Shown piece by piece: positions 1 through 8,144 of a stretch of DNA of 64,000 nt; positions within the stretch are counted from its first letter, which is position 1; each line of letters starts with the position of its first letter. This stretch comes from an uncultured Fibrobacterota bacterium (GTDB lineage Bacteria > Fibrobacterota > Chitinivibrionia > Chitinivibrionales > FEN-1185). The stretch is from positions 1 through 64,000 of the forward strand of contig CAVSQB010000008.1 in the NCBI GenBank assembly GCA_963729895.1. The letters run 5' to 3'. The notes under the pieces are model-generated. The model worked only from the letters and a program-made list of their open reading frames with translations, was not told where the DNA came from and ran no database searches. Made by a program: the position numbers and the translations under genes.

Positions 1-1807
1 TTTTCAATAAAATCGGATTTCCCTTGTTCTCTGTCAAGTCAATTCGCGCTTTGTGCGGAAAGGTAAGAATGCAGGTTCAGAATTGTGGGGCGAGTGGCGT
101 TTTTAGGTGAATCTGAGGCCTTGTGCGCCCTATAGTGAGGGACAAGCCGGCCCCCGGGCTCTTGCTAATGCCCATAGGAAGGCCCGAACCGGTAAATCTT
201 GAAAATGTTGTGCACCATCGAGTACAGCTTCCATTGCGTATCGGCCTTTGTCCTGGTGCGCACGGTAATCCTATCGAGGCCGAGCGTCCGGCAGATGTTG
301 GCGAACACCGGTTCCACCGTGCCCATTCGCCTGCTGTATATGTACCTGCCGAAGGCGGAGTCGAATTTCTCGATCATCCGTTTGGTATAGGCCCCCGTTG
401 ATCGTGGGCCGGATTGATCGAACTTCACCACCTGTCTGCGCTCCGTATGGTCAAGCCGCAAACATTTCTTCCGAATTTCACATGCAAGGCAGTCGGCTTT
501 TCTCCCGGCATAGGCGATCCCGTGTTCGCCACGCGTCCCGACATAGTTCTTGTTCAACACGTAAAGCTTGTTGCCTGCAGGGCAGGTAAGCGTGCCGTCG
601 GATTCATTCAGGATAAAATCACTTGGGGTAAAGTAGTGCTTTGACCGTACCGGCGTCTTGTTGCGGTCAATCGGATTTTTGTGCCGGTCCGCATCCGCAA
701 ACTGCGGGTCGCGCTTGCGGAATTTATTGTCCGCAACGTACCCGTCCACTCCTTCTTCCGCAAGCATCTGCATGTTCGCTTCGCTATGAAAACCGCTGTC
801 CGCAGTCACTTTCGCCTGAGTAAAAATGTCGGGCTCGCCTATGGCCTCAAAGTTCTCCCGCACACCGTCGATCATCGGCTTCAAAAGCGCGTTGTCCGTC
901 CCCTCGCTGAATGCCTCGGCATGAACGATCACCTGGCGCTTTTCATCAACCGCCGCGGCGCCGTTGTAGCCCTGGATCACGCCGTGTGAGCTCGGCATCT
1001 TCGCGCTCTCGTTGTCCGTGATGTTGCTCTTCTTCGCCTGTCCCTTAGCCCCGCGCTTATCCTCGTTTTTCCGCATCCAACGGTTGATCTTGCGCACCTT
1101 CGAACGAAGGTGGTTGATCGCCTTCCGTTCCTTCTTCCGTATGTCCTCGCCAAGTTCACGCTCATCGCACTCGCGGTGCTTGCGCAAAAGAAAACGAACC
1201 TGGTACTCTATCTTCTTCTTCCGCTTCTCGAAATCCTCGAGTGTGCCGCTCCACTCCTTGGCGCAGTTCGAAGACATCTTGCAGCCATCGATCGCAAACA
1301 TTTGCCGGCTGATCAATCCCTCCTCCGCGCAATACAACAGGATGTCTCGGAACAGCGGCGTGATCTCCACATGCATCGACGAAATAAAATGTGCAATCGT
1401 CGTAAAATGCGGCTTCGTATCGGCCGAGAGTGCCATGAACATCACGTTCTCCTCGCAGCAGCGCGCTATGTCCCGGCTGTGCATGATGCCCCGGGAATAC
1501 GCGTAGAGAACAATCTTCAGCATCACGCGCGGGTCGTACGCGGGCGCACCGGTCTCGTCGTTGGTAAACCGGCCCTCGAAAACAGAAAGGTCCAGCACAT
1601 TATCCACGATCTCGCTCAACGCGAACTCGAAACTGCCCGGAATGATCTGCTCGCGAAACGTGATGGGGATAAGCTTGCCTTGTTCGTAGGAATACTCTTT
1701 GTAGCGGGCCATCGGCCTTCCTTCCTGCTGAGTTTACAAATAATATAAGGAAAAAAGACCGGAATTTCAGGTAAAAGTGGCGGGAAAGGGACTTTTTCTA
1801 CAGGCTC
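1..1807 (-). mobile_element. IS1182-family insertion sequence, copy in the left palindrome arm (one end cut by the window edge)
   Basis: Matches 41565-43391; terminal TTTTTCTACAGGCTC ends at 1807 and is followed by AAC. Confidence 0.9.
165..1712 (-). CDS. IS1182-family DDE transposase
   Basis: 515 aa; N-terminal GAPAYDPRVMLKIVLYAY (DUF772-like), AIDG, ADSGF, CxxC zinc region, RRMGTVEPVF. Confidence 0.92.
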   Translation of the reverse strand: MARYKEYSYEQGKLIPITFREQIIPGSFEFALSEIVDNVLDLSVFEGRFTNDETGAPAYDPRVMLKIVLYAYSRGIMHSRDIARCCEENVMFMALSADTKPHFTTIAHFISSMHVEITPLFRDILLYCAEEGLISRQMFAIDGCKMSSNCAKEWSGTLEDFEKRKKKIEYQVRFLLRKHRECDERELGEDIRKKERKAINHLRSKVRKINRWMRKNEDKRGAKGQAKKSNITDNESAKMPSSHGVIQGYNGAAAVDEKRQVIVHAEAFSEGTDNALLKPMIDGVRENFEAIGEPDIFTQAKVTADSGFHSEANMQMLAEEGVDGYVADNKFRKRDPQFADADRHKNPIDRNKTPVRSKHYFTPSDFILNESDGTLTCPAGNKLYVLNKNYVGTRGEHGIAYAGRKADCLACEIRKKCLRLDHTERRQVVKFDQSGPRSTGAYTKRMIEKFDSAFGRYIYSRRMGTVEPVFANICRTLGLDRITVRTRTKADTQWKLYSMVHNIFKIYRFGPSYGH

Positions 1808-2038
1808 AACGACCGGATTAATAAGTCCCATTTCGGGGGACATTCGATTGGCGTACGAGATTGGGTGGACATTCAAATGTCCCTCGTTGAACTCGATCAG
1901 GCGGAACTTGTGGAAGTTTTCATGCCGTATCTTTACAACCACCAAAAAGAGACCACCTTTTTCGATCAGTGGAAGAAGAATGGAATGCAAATGCTGGAAG
2001 ACAAAAGAGAATCAAGACGCACCACGGGCAATTTATAA
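1808..2038 (+). pseudogene. Cassette ORF fragment interrupted by IS (mirror of 4740-4970)
   Basis: Open frame NDRINK...DWVDIQMSLVELDQAELVEVFMPYLY...GNL*; the TAA stop lies inside the attC R'' box. Confidence 0.55.
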
Positions 2039-2138
2039 CAATGCGCTCAACCCACGACCGGGCGCGTCCGGCTTGAGGAGAAAACAAACAGATCAAGCCG
2101 GACCATTGCGCCCGGCGGGTTAGCTAATAACGTTTAGA
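2033..2138 (+). other. attC site (degenerate)
   Basis: R'' TTATAAC, 5 nt, L'' GCTCAACC, long hairpin (ccggcttga/tcaagccgg), L' GGTTAGC, then GTT at 2132. Confidence 0.7.
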
Positions 2139-2149
2139 GCCAAATAAAC

Positions 2150-2187
2150 TTGCAAATACGTACGTATTGATGTATTATATACGTATA
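2150..2187 (+). promoter_or_regulatory. Sigma70-type promoter of the TA cassette with palindromic operators
   Basis: TTGCAA-17 nt-TATTAT; perfect palindromes AATACGTACGTATT (2155-2168) and TATACGTATA (2178-2187); RBS AAGGAGG follows. Confidence 0.75.
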
Positions 2188-2199
2188 AGGAGGTTTTGT

Positions 2200-2454
2200 A
2201 TGGAATCAAAATTAACGTTAAAACTGAGCACCCTTACTATCGGCAAGGCGAAGCGATACATACACAAGCATAGTGGAAACAGCTTGTCAAAACTGGTTGA
2301 GAACTATTTTAACTCGTTAACAGACAATGAATTAGATGCGGACAATAAAAAATCGCCCCCCATTGTTTCCAGCTTAGCCGGCATTGCGAATAAAGGCAAA
2401 ATCAAAAACATTAAATCGGATTATACAGACTATTTAATTGGAAAATACAAGTAA
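2200..2454 (+). CDS. Antitoxin, DUF6364-like (ribbon-helix-helix type)
   Basis: MESKLTLKL...AKRY...SLSKLVENYF...YTDYLIGKYK; strong RBS; overlaps the PIN start. Confidence 0.8.
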   Translation: MESKLTLKLSTLTIGKAKRYIHKHSGNSLSKLVENYFNSLTDNELDADNKKSPPIVSSLAGIANKGKIKNIKSDYTDYLIGKYK

Positions 2455-2876
2455 TGGACAAAATATTTATTGATTCCGATATTATCCTTGATCTTATCCA
2501 GGAAAGAGAGAATCATAAGGACGCAAAACATTTATTTTCATTAATTGAAGAAAACAAAGTGAAAGGCTATGTCTCGCCACTTATTTTTGCAAACTTGTTT
2601 TACATTTTGCGAAAACAAGAATCTAACAAATTCGCCATGCACGTGCTCGCAAGATTAAAGGCTTTGCTGCACATATTAACTATTAACGAGAAAATAATTG
2701 AAATGGCTTTATCCTCAGGATTCAAGGATTTTGAGGATGCAATTCAATATTACTCCGCCCTAGAAGCAAACCTCGAATATCTAATAACTCGGAATAAAGA
2801 AGATTACAAGGATTCCGGAATTATTATTTGCAATGCAAGAGAATATCTTGCAATAAGAGCATCCAATCCCGAATAG
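2454..2876 (+). CDS. PIN-domain (VapC-like) toxin
   Basis: IFIDSDIILD, DFEDAIQY and LITRNKEDY PIN motifs. Confidence 0.9.
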   Translation: MDKIFIDSDIILDLIQERENHKDAKHLFSLIEENKVKGYVSPLIFANLFYILRKQESNKFAMHVLARLKALLHILTINEKIIEMALSSGFKDFEDAIQYYSALEANLEYLITRNKEDYKDSGIIICNAREYLAIRASNPE

Positions 2877-2883
2877 TACTTGG

Positions 2884-2973
2884 CTCTAACAAGCGGTTCA
2901 ACTCATGACCGAACGCGGGTCCCAAACGCTCCTCTTGGTCGCGTTTCCCGCGTCGGCAGGTTAACCGCACGTT
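2884..2973 (+). other. attC site of the TA cassette; IS inserted immediately after its GTT
   Basis: R'' CTCTAAC, AAGCG, L'' GTTCAAC, hairpin, L' GTTAAC, GTT at 2971-2973. TTGGCTCTAA is complementary to the cassette start TTAGAGCCAA. Confidence 0.8.
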
Positions 2974-3804
2974 GAGCCTGTAGAAAAAGTCCCTTTCCCG
3001 CCACTTTTACCTGAAATTCCGGTCTTTTTTCCTTATATTATTTGTAAACTCAGCAGGAAGGAAGGCCGATGGCCCGCTACAAAGAGTATTCCTACGAACA
3101 AGGCAAGCTTATCCCCATCACGTTTCGCGAGCAGATCATTCCGGGCAGTTTCGAGTTCGCGTTGAGCGAGATCGTGGATAATGTGCTGGACCTTTCTGTT
3201 TTCGAGGGCCGGTTTACCAACGACGAGACCGGTGCGCCCGCGTACGACCCGCGCGTGATGCTGAAGATTGTTCTCTACGCGTATTCCCGGGGCATCATGC
3301 ACAGCCGGGACATAGCGCGCTGCTGCGAGGAGAACGTGATGTCTCGGAACAGCGGCGTGATCTCCACATGCATCGACGAAATAAAATGTGCAATCGTCGT
3401 AAAATGCGGCTTCGTATCGGCCGAGAGTGCCATGAACATCACGTTCTCCTCGCAGCAGCGCGCTATGTCCCGGCTGTGCATGATGCCCCGGGAATACGCG
3501 TAGAGAACAATCTTCAGCATCACGCGCGGGTCGTACGCGGGCGCACCGGTCTCGTCGTTGGTAAACCGGCCCTCGAAAACAGAAAGGTCCAGCACATTAT
3601 CCACGATCTCGCTCAACGCGAACTCGAAACTGCCCGGAATGATCTGCTCGCGAAACGTGATGGGGATAAGCTTGCCTTGTTCGTAGGAATACTCTTTGTA
3701 GCGGGCCATCGGCCTTCCTTCCTGCTGAGTTTACAAATAATATAAGGAAAAAAGACCGGAATTTCAGGTAAAAGTGGCGGGAAAGGGACTTTTTCTACAG
3801 GCTC
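2974..3804. mobile_element. Two inverted truncated IS1182 5' fragments forming the fold-back centre
   Basis: IS end GAGCCTGTAGAAAAA at 2974 and its complement ending at 3804; truncated 144-aa transposase ORFs on both strands. Confidence 0.88.
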
Positions 3805-3894
3805 AACGTGCGGTTAACCTGCCGACGCGGGAAACGCGACCAAGAGGAGCGTTTGGGACCCGCGTTCGGTCATGAGTTGAACCGCTTGTTAGAG
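3805..3894 (-). other. attC site (mirror of 2884-2973)
   Basis: Reverse complement of 2884-2973. Confidence 0.8.
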
Positions 3895-3901
3895 CCAAGT
3901 A

Positions 3902-4324
3902 CTATTCGGGATTGGATGCTCTTATTGCAAGATATTCTCTTGCATTGCAAATAATAATTCCGGAATCCTTGTAATCTTCTTTATTCCGAGTTATTAGATA
4001 TTCGAGGTTTGCTTCTAGGGCGGAGTAATATTGAATTGCATCCTCAAAATCCTTGAATCCTGAGGATAAAGCCATTTCAATTATTTTCTCGTTAATAGTT
4101 AATATGTGCAGCAAAGCCTTTAATCTTGCGAGCACGTGCATGGCGAATTTGTTAGATTCTTGTTTTCGCAAAATGTAAAACAAGTTTGCAAAAATAAGTG
4201 GCGAGACATAGCCTTTCACTTTGTTTTCTTCAATTAATGAAAATAAATGTTTTGCGTCCTTATGATTCTCTCTTTCCTGGATAAGATCAAGGATAATATC
4301 GGAATCAATAAATATTTTGTCCAT
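3902..4324 (-). CDS. PIN-domain toxin
   Basis: Identical to 2454-2876. Confidence 0.9.
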   Translation of the reverse strand: MDKIFIDSDIILDLIQERENHKDAKHLFSLIEENKVKGYVSPLIFANLFYILRKQESNKFAMHVLARLKALLHILTINEKIIEMALSSGFKDFEDAIQYYSALEANLEYLITRNKEDYKDSGIIICNAREYLAIRASNPE

Positions 4325-4578
4325 TACTTGTATTTTCCAATTAAATAGTCTGTATAATCCGATTTAATGTTTTTGATTTTGCCTTTATTCGCAATGCCGG
4401 CTAAGCTGGAAACAATGGGGGGCGATTTTTTATTGTCCGCATCTAATTCATTGTCTGTTAACGAGTTAAAATAGTTCTCAACCAGTTTTGACAAGCTGTT
4501 TCCACTATGCTTGTGTATGTATCGCTTCGCCTTGCCGATAGTAAGGGTGCTCAGTTTTAACGTTAATTTTGATTCCAT
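4324..4578 (-). CDS. Antitoxin, DUF6364-like
   Basis: Identical to 2200-2454. Confidence 0.8.
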   Translation of the reverse strand: MESKLTLKLSTLTIGKAKRYIHKHSGNSLSKLVENYFNSLTDNELDADNKKSPPIVSSLAGIANKGKIKNIKSDYTDYLIGKYK

Positions 4579-4590
4579 ACAAAACCTCCT

Positions 4591-4628
4591 TATACGTATA
4601 TAATACATCAATACGTACGTATTTGCAA
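4591..4628 (-). promoter_or_regulatory. TA promoter/operator (mirror)
   Basis: Reverse complement of 2150-2187. Confidence 0.75.
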
Positions 4629-4639
4629 GTTTATTTGGC

Positions 4640-4745
4640 TCTAAACGTTATTAGCTAACCCGCCGGGCGCAATGGTCCGGCTTGATCTGTTTGTTTTCTC
4701 CTCAAGCCGGACGCGCCCGGTCGTGGGTTGAGCGCATTGTTATAA
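4640..4745 (-). other. attC site (mirror of 2033-2138)
   Basis: Reverse complement of 2033-2138. Confidence 0.7.
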
Positions 4746-4970
4746 ATTGCCCGTGGTGCGTCTTGATTCTCTTTTGTCTTCCAGCATTTGCATTCCATTC
4801 TTCTTCCACTGATCGAAAAAGGTGGTCTCTTTTTGGTGGTTGTAAAGATACGGCATGAAAACTTCCACAAGTTCCGCCTGATCGAGTTCAACGAGGGACA
4901 TTTGAATGTCCACCCAATCTCGTACGCCAATCGAATGTCCCCCGAAATGGGACTTATTAATCCGGTCGTT
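4740..4970 (-). pseudogene. Cassette ORF split by IS; possible 5' codons at 6798-6812
   Basis: Removing the IS and one GTT restores an in-frame ORF MSPYN-DRINK...GNL* of about 80 aa. Confidence 0.55.
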
Positions 4971-6797
4971 GAGCCTGTAGAAAAAGTCCCTTTCCCGCCA
5001 CTTTTACCTGAAATTCCGGTCTTTTTTCCTTATATTATTTGTAAACTCAGCAGGAAGGAAGGCCGATGGCCCGCTACAAAGAGTATTCCTACGAACAAGG
5101 CAAGCTTATCCCCATCACGTTTCGCGAGCAGATCATTCCGGGCAGTTTCGAGTTCGCGTTGAGCGAGATCGTGGATAATGTGCTGGACCTTTCTGTTTTC
5201 GAGGGCCGGTTTACCAACGACGAGACCGGTGCGCCCGCGTACGACCCGCGCGTGATGCTGAAGATTGTTCTCTACGCGTATTCCCGGGGCATCATGCACA
5301 GCCGGGACATAGCGCGCTGCTGCGAGGAGAACGTGATGTTCATGGCACTCTCGGCCGATACGAAGCCGCATTTTACGACGATTGCACATTTTATTTCGTC
5401 GATGCATGTGGAGATCACGCCGCTGTTCCGAGACATCCTGTTGTATTGCGCGGAGGAGGGATTGATCAGCCGGCAAATGTTTGCGATCGATGGCTGCAAG
5501 ATGTCTTCGAACTGCGCCAAGGAGTGGAGCGGCACACTCGAGGATTTCGAGAAGCGGAAGAAGAAGATAGAGTACCAGGTTCGTTTTCTTTTGCGCAAGC
5601 ACCGCGAGTGCGATGAGCGTGAACTTGGCGAGGACATACGGAAGAAGGAACGGAAGGCGATCAACCACCTTCGTTCGAAGGTGCGCAAGATCAACCGTTG
5701 GATGCGGAAAAACGAGGATAAGCGCGGGGCTAAGGGACAGGCGAAGAAGAGCAACATCACGGACAACGAGAGCGCGAAGATGCCGAGCTCACACGGCGTG
5801 ATCCAGGGCTACAACGGCGCCGCGGCGGTTGATGAAAAGCGCCAGGTGATCGTTCATGCCGAGGCATTCAGCGAGGGGACGGACAACGCGCTTTTGAAGC
5901 CGATGATCGACGGTGTGCGGGAGAACTTTGAGGCCATAGGCGAGCCCGACATTTTTACTCAGGCGAAAGTGACTGCGGACAGCGGTTTTCATAGCGAAGC
6001 GAACATGCAGATGCTTGCGGAAGAAGGAGTGGACGGGTACGTTGCGGACAATAAATTCCGCAAGCGCGACCCGCAGTTTGCGGATGCGGACCGGCACAAA
6101 AATCCGATTGACCGCAACAAGACGCCGGTACGGTCAAAGCACTACTTTACCCCAAGTGATTTTATCCTGAATGAATCCGACGGCACGCTTACCTGCCCTG
6201 CAGGCAACAAGCTTTACGTGTTGAACAAGAACTATGTCGGGACGCGTGGCGAACACGGGATCGCCTATGCCGGGAGAAAAGCCGACTGCCTTGCATGTGA
6301 AATTCGGAAGAAATGTTTGCGGCTTGACCATACGGAGCGCAGACAGGTGGTGAAGTTCGATCAATCCGGCCCACGATCAACGGGGGCCTATACCAAACGG
6401 ATGATCGAGAAATTCGACTCCGCCTTCGGCAGGTACATATACAGCAGGCGAATGGGCACGGTGGAACCGGTGTTCGCCAACATCTGCCGGACGCTCGGCC
6501 TCGATAGGATTACCGTGCGCACCAAGACAAAGGCCGATACGCAATGGAAGCTGTACTCGATGGTGCACAACATTTTCAAGATTTACCGGTTCGGGCCTTC
6601 CTATGGGCATTAGCAAGAGCCCGGGGGCCGGCTTGTCCCTCACTATAGGGCGCACAAGGCCTCAGATTCACCTAAAAACGCCACTCGCCCCACAATTCTG
6701 AACCTGCATTCTTACCTTTCCGCACAAAGCGCGAATTGACTTGACAGAGAACAAGGGAAATCCGATTTTATTGAAAACAGGGTTTTTCTACAGGCTC
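4971..6797 (+). mobile_element. Complete IS1182-family element, 1827 bp, 3-bp GTT target duplication
   Basis: 15-bp TIR GAGCCTGTAGAAAAA at both ends; flanks GTT|...|GTT. Confidence 0.93.
5066..6613 (+). CDS. IS1182-family transposase
   Basis: 515 aa; one substitution (RTK vs RTR) relative to the other two copies. Confidence 0.92.
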   Translation: MARYKEYSYEQGKLIPITFREQIIPGSFEFALSEIVDNVLDLSVFEGRFTNDETGAPAYDPRVMLKIVLYAYSRGIMHSRDIARCCEENVMFMALSADTKPHFTTIAHFISSMHVEITPLFRDILLYCAEEGLISRQMFAIDGCKMSSNCAKEWSGTLEDFEKRKKKIEYQVRFLLRKHRECDERELGEDIRKKERKAINHLRSKVRKINRWMRKNEDKRGAKGQAKKSNITDNESAKMPSSHGVIQGYNGAAAVDEKRQVIVHAEAFSEGTDNALLKPMIDGVRENFEAIGEPDIFTQAKVTADSGFHSEANMQMLAEEGVDGYVADNKFRKRDPQFADADRHKNPIDRNKTPVRSKHYFTPSDFILNESDGTLTCPAGNKLYVLNKNYVGTRGEHGIAYAGRKADCLACEIRKKCLRLDHTERRQVVKFDQSGPRSTGAYTKRMIEKFDSAFGRYIYSRRMGTVEPVFANICRTLGLDRITVRTKTKADTQWKLYSMVHNIFKIYRFGPSYGH

Positions 6798-6825
6798 GTT
6801 ATAGGGTGACATTACTCTTCAAAAA

Positions 6826-6896
6826 CGCTTGCCGAGTGCCGCTCGCCTCGATACGGCCCAAGGTGCCACTCGGCGAGCGGTGTATCGAGGCAAGCG
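6826..6896. repeat. REP-like compound palindrome (related copy 13371-13427)
   Basis: cgagtgccgctcNcctcgatac...cactcggNgagcggNgtatcgag occurs at both sites. Confidence 0.65.
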
Positions 6897-6914
6897 CCAA
6901 GGGATAACCTATTT

Positions 6915-6998
6915 AATGACCGGATCAATATGATGAAATTCAAACCTCTCTATCCCCCTTCGGGGGGATTTTCAGGGGGGCTCGGTCTAACCGGACAC
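6915..6998. repeat. Small MITE/REP-like element (related copy about 16226-16297)
   Basis: Shared gaaattcaa..ctcta..tcccccttcggggggatttt..gggggg..ctc..taaccggaca. Confidence 0.6.
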
Positions 6999-7032
6999 GC
7001 TTTACATAACATATCAGACAAAGGAGGCCGTC

Positions 7033-7164
7033 ATGCCCGATCCCCTCTCCAAGCCCTTCTGGGCGAACTACAGCGCTGCTTTACAGAAACTACGTATTCC
7101 TGAATCGAAAAGCAAGTTCTACCTCCTGTGGGTCAAGCGGTTTGGGCGGTTCCCCTTGTCATGA
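7033..7164 (+). pseudogene. Possible N-terminal stub of an integron integrase / tyrosine recombinase
   Basis: Strong RBS AAGGAGG; MPDPLSKPFWANYSAALQKLRIPESKSKFYLLWVKRF resembles integrase N-terminal SAM-like helices (Y..WV.RF). It is divergent from the cassettes and truncated where a repeat begins. Confidence 0.45.
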
Positions 7165-7169
7165 AAGAG

Positions 7170-8125
7170 TTTTTGGATATTGGATAGCTGTGCCGGGTGA
7201 CCCCAAAGTAGAATTAGCCGCTAGAATCCAATCTTATGCTGTGGGGCACCCGCGAAGTGCTGCTGTGCCGTTGACACCAAGGGATTGTTGTCTTTCTCTT
7301 CCGCCATCAGTGGCGCAGCCGCGCACGGAGGTTTTAGAGGGCGAGGACGAGTCCGTATTTTCCTCCGGAAAATACTTTTCGATATCTTTCCATTGTTCCG
7401 CAGCCCACCGGAGTGCGCGGCGATCCGCGCCACTGCAGGCGCGGCGCGGGGTCCAGGGGTGCTCGCTGGTGAGCACCCCTGGCCAGGGTGTCGGGAGCGG
7501 AACTCCCGACTCAGTTGAACAACGGCACCGAGGCCCACTGGCCCACGACTCCTGCGGTCCCGCCTAACGCAAAAAGCAAGAGTTCAGAACCGGAAGACCA
7601 GGATACTGTATTTGGTCTTTGATTTTGTTAACCGGGTGCTGCAACGGTGCGCGCAACAATGTCTAAATGCGAATCAAATGCATCTGGATGGCTGAGTCGA
7701 AAATATATACAATCAATCGCATTTGGGTTGCTGTGCCGGGTGACCCCATAGTGGGAGTTGCGGCGAGAATCCAATCTTGCGTTGTGGGGCACCCACGAGG
7801 TGTCGCGGAACAGGTGAAGTCTTTTATGCATTATCTCACAGAAGAAGTTGACAATTGTGGAATTGTTCTACTGCCAAGCGCCAGGCCGGACTGGAACGTG
7901 CGCTAAAGCGCAGTACCGCCTGACCCGGACCGCAGGCCATAGGGCAGGCGGTACCGAGGCCCACGGCAGAGCGTGGAAGGAGGGCCGCCGTCCCGGCAGG
8001 GACGGGGTGCCCGAATGACTATCTTGATGTTGCCAAGGGTACATCCAAGCTGCACACGCTCGGCACACAAGAATATTATCTTGTTATTGCCGCACCGGCT
8101 CAGCAATCCAAAATTGTATTTCACC
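7170..8125 (+). repeat. Modular hairpin-rich intergenic repeat, copy R1
   Basis: Two GCTGTGCCGGGTGACCCC...GGGGCACCC modules plus modules shared with R2-R7. Confidence 0.85.
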
Positions 8126-8144
8126 TATGGATGCGCCCGATTTT

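Larger units (their letters stand above)
1..6777. repeat. Near-perfect inverted duplication (fold-back palindrome); arms 1-3342 and 3436-6777, 93-nt loop
   Basis: Mirror ORFs all sum to 6778 (165+6613, 2454+4324). The junction sits at a GATGT microhomology (3338-3342). One arm difference was noticed (253/6525). Confidence 0.97.

Noticed and set aside
1848..2123. 91-aa ORF (and mirror 4655-4930) as the cassette gene
   Set aside because: It runs through the attC hairpin; another frame stops exactly at R'' and looks more protein-like.
3069..3709. Two 144-aa transposase-like ORFs as real genes
   Set aside because: Chimeric products of the fold-back junction.
7142..7906. ORFs containing WIAVPGDP (also near 13065, 33186, 43707)
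   Set aside because: Translations of the DNA repeat; frames and stops are not conserved between copies.
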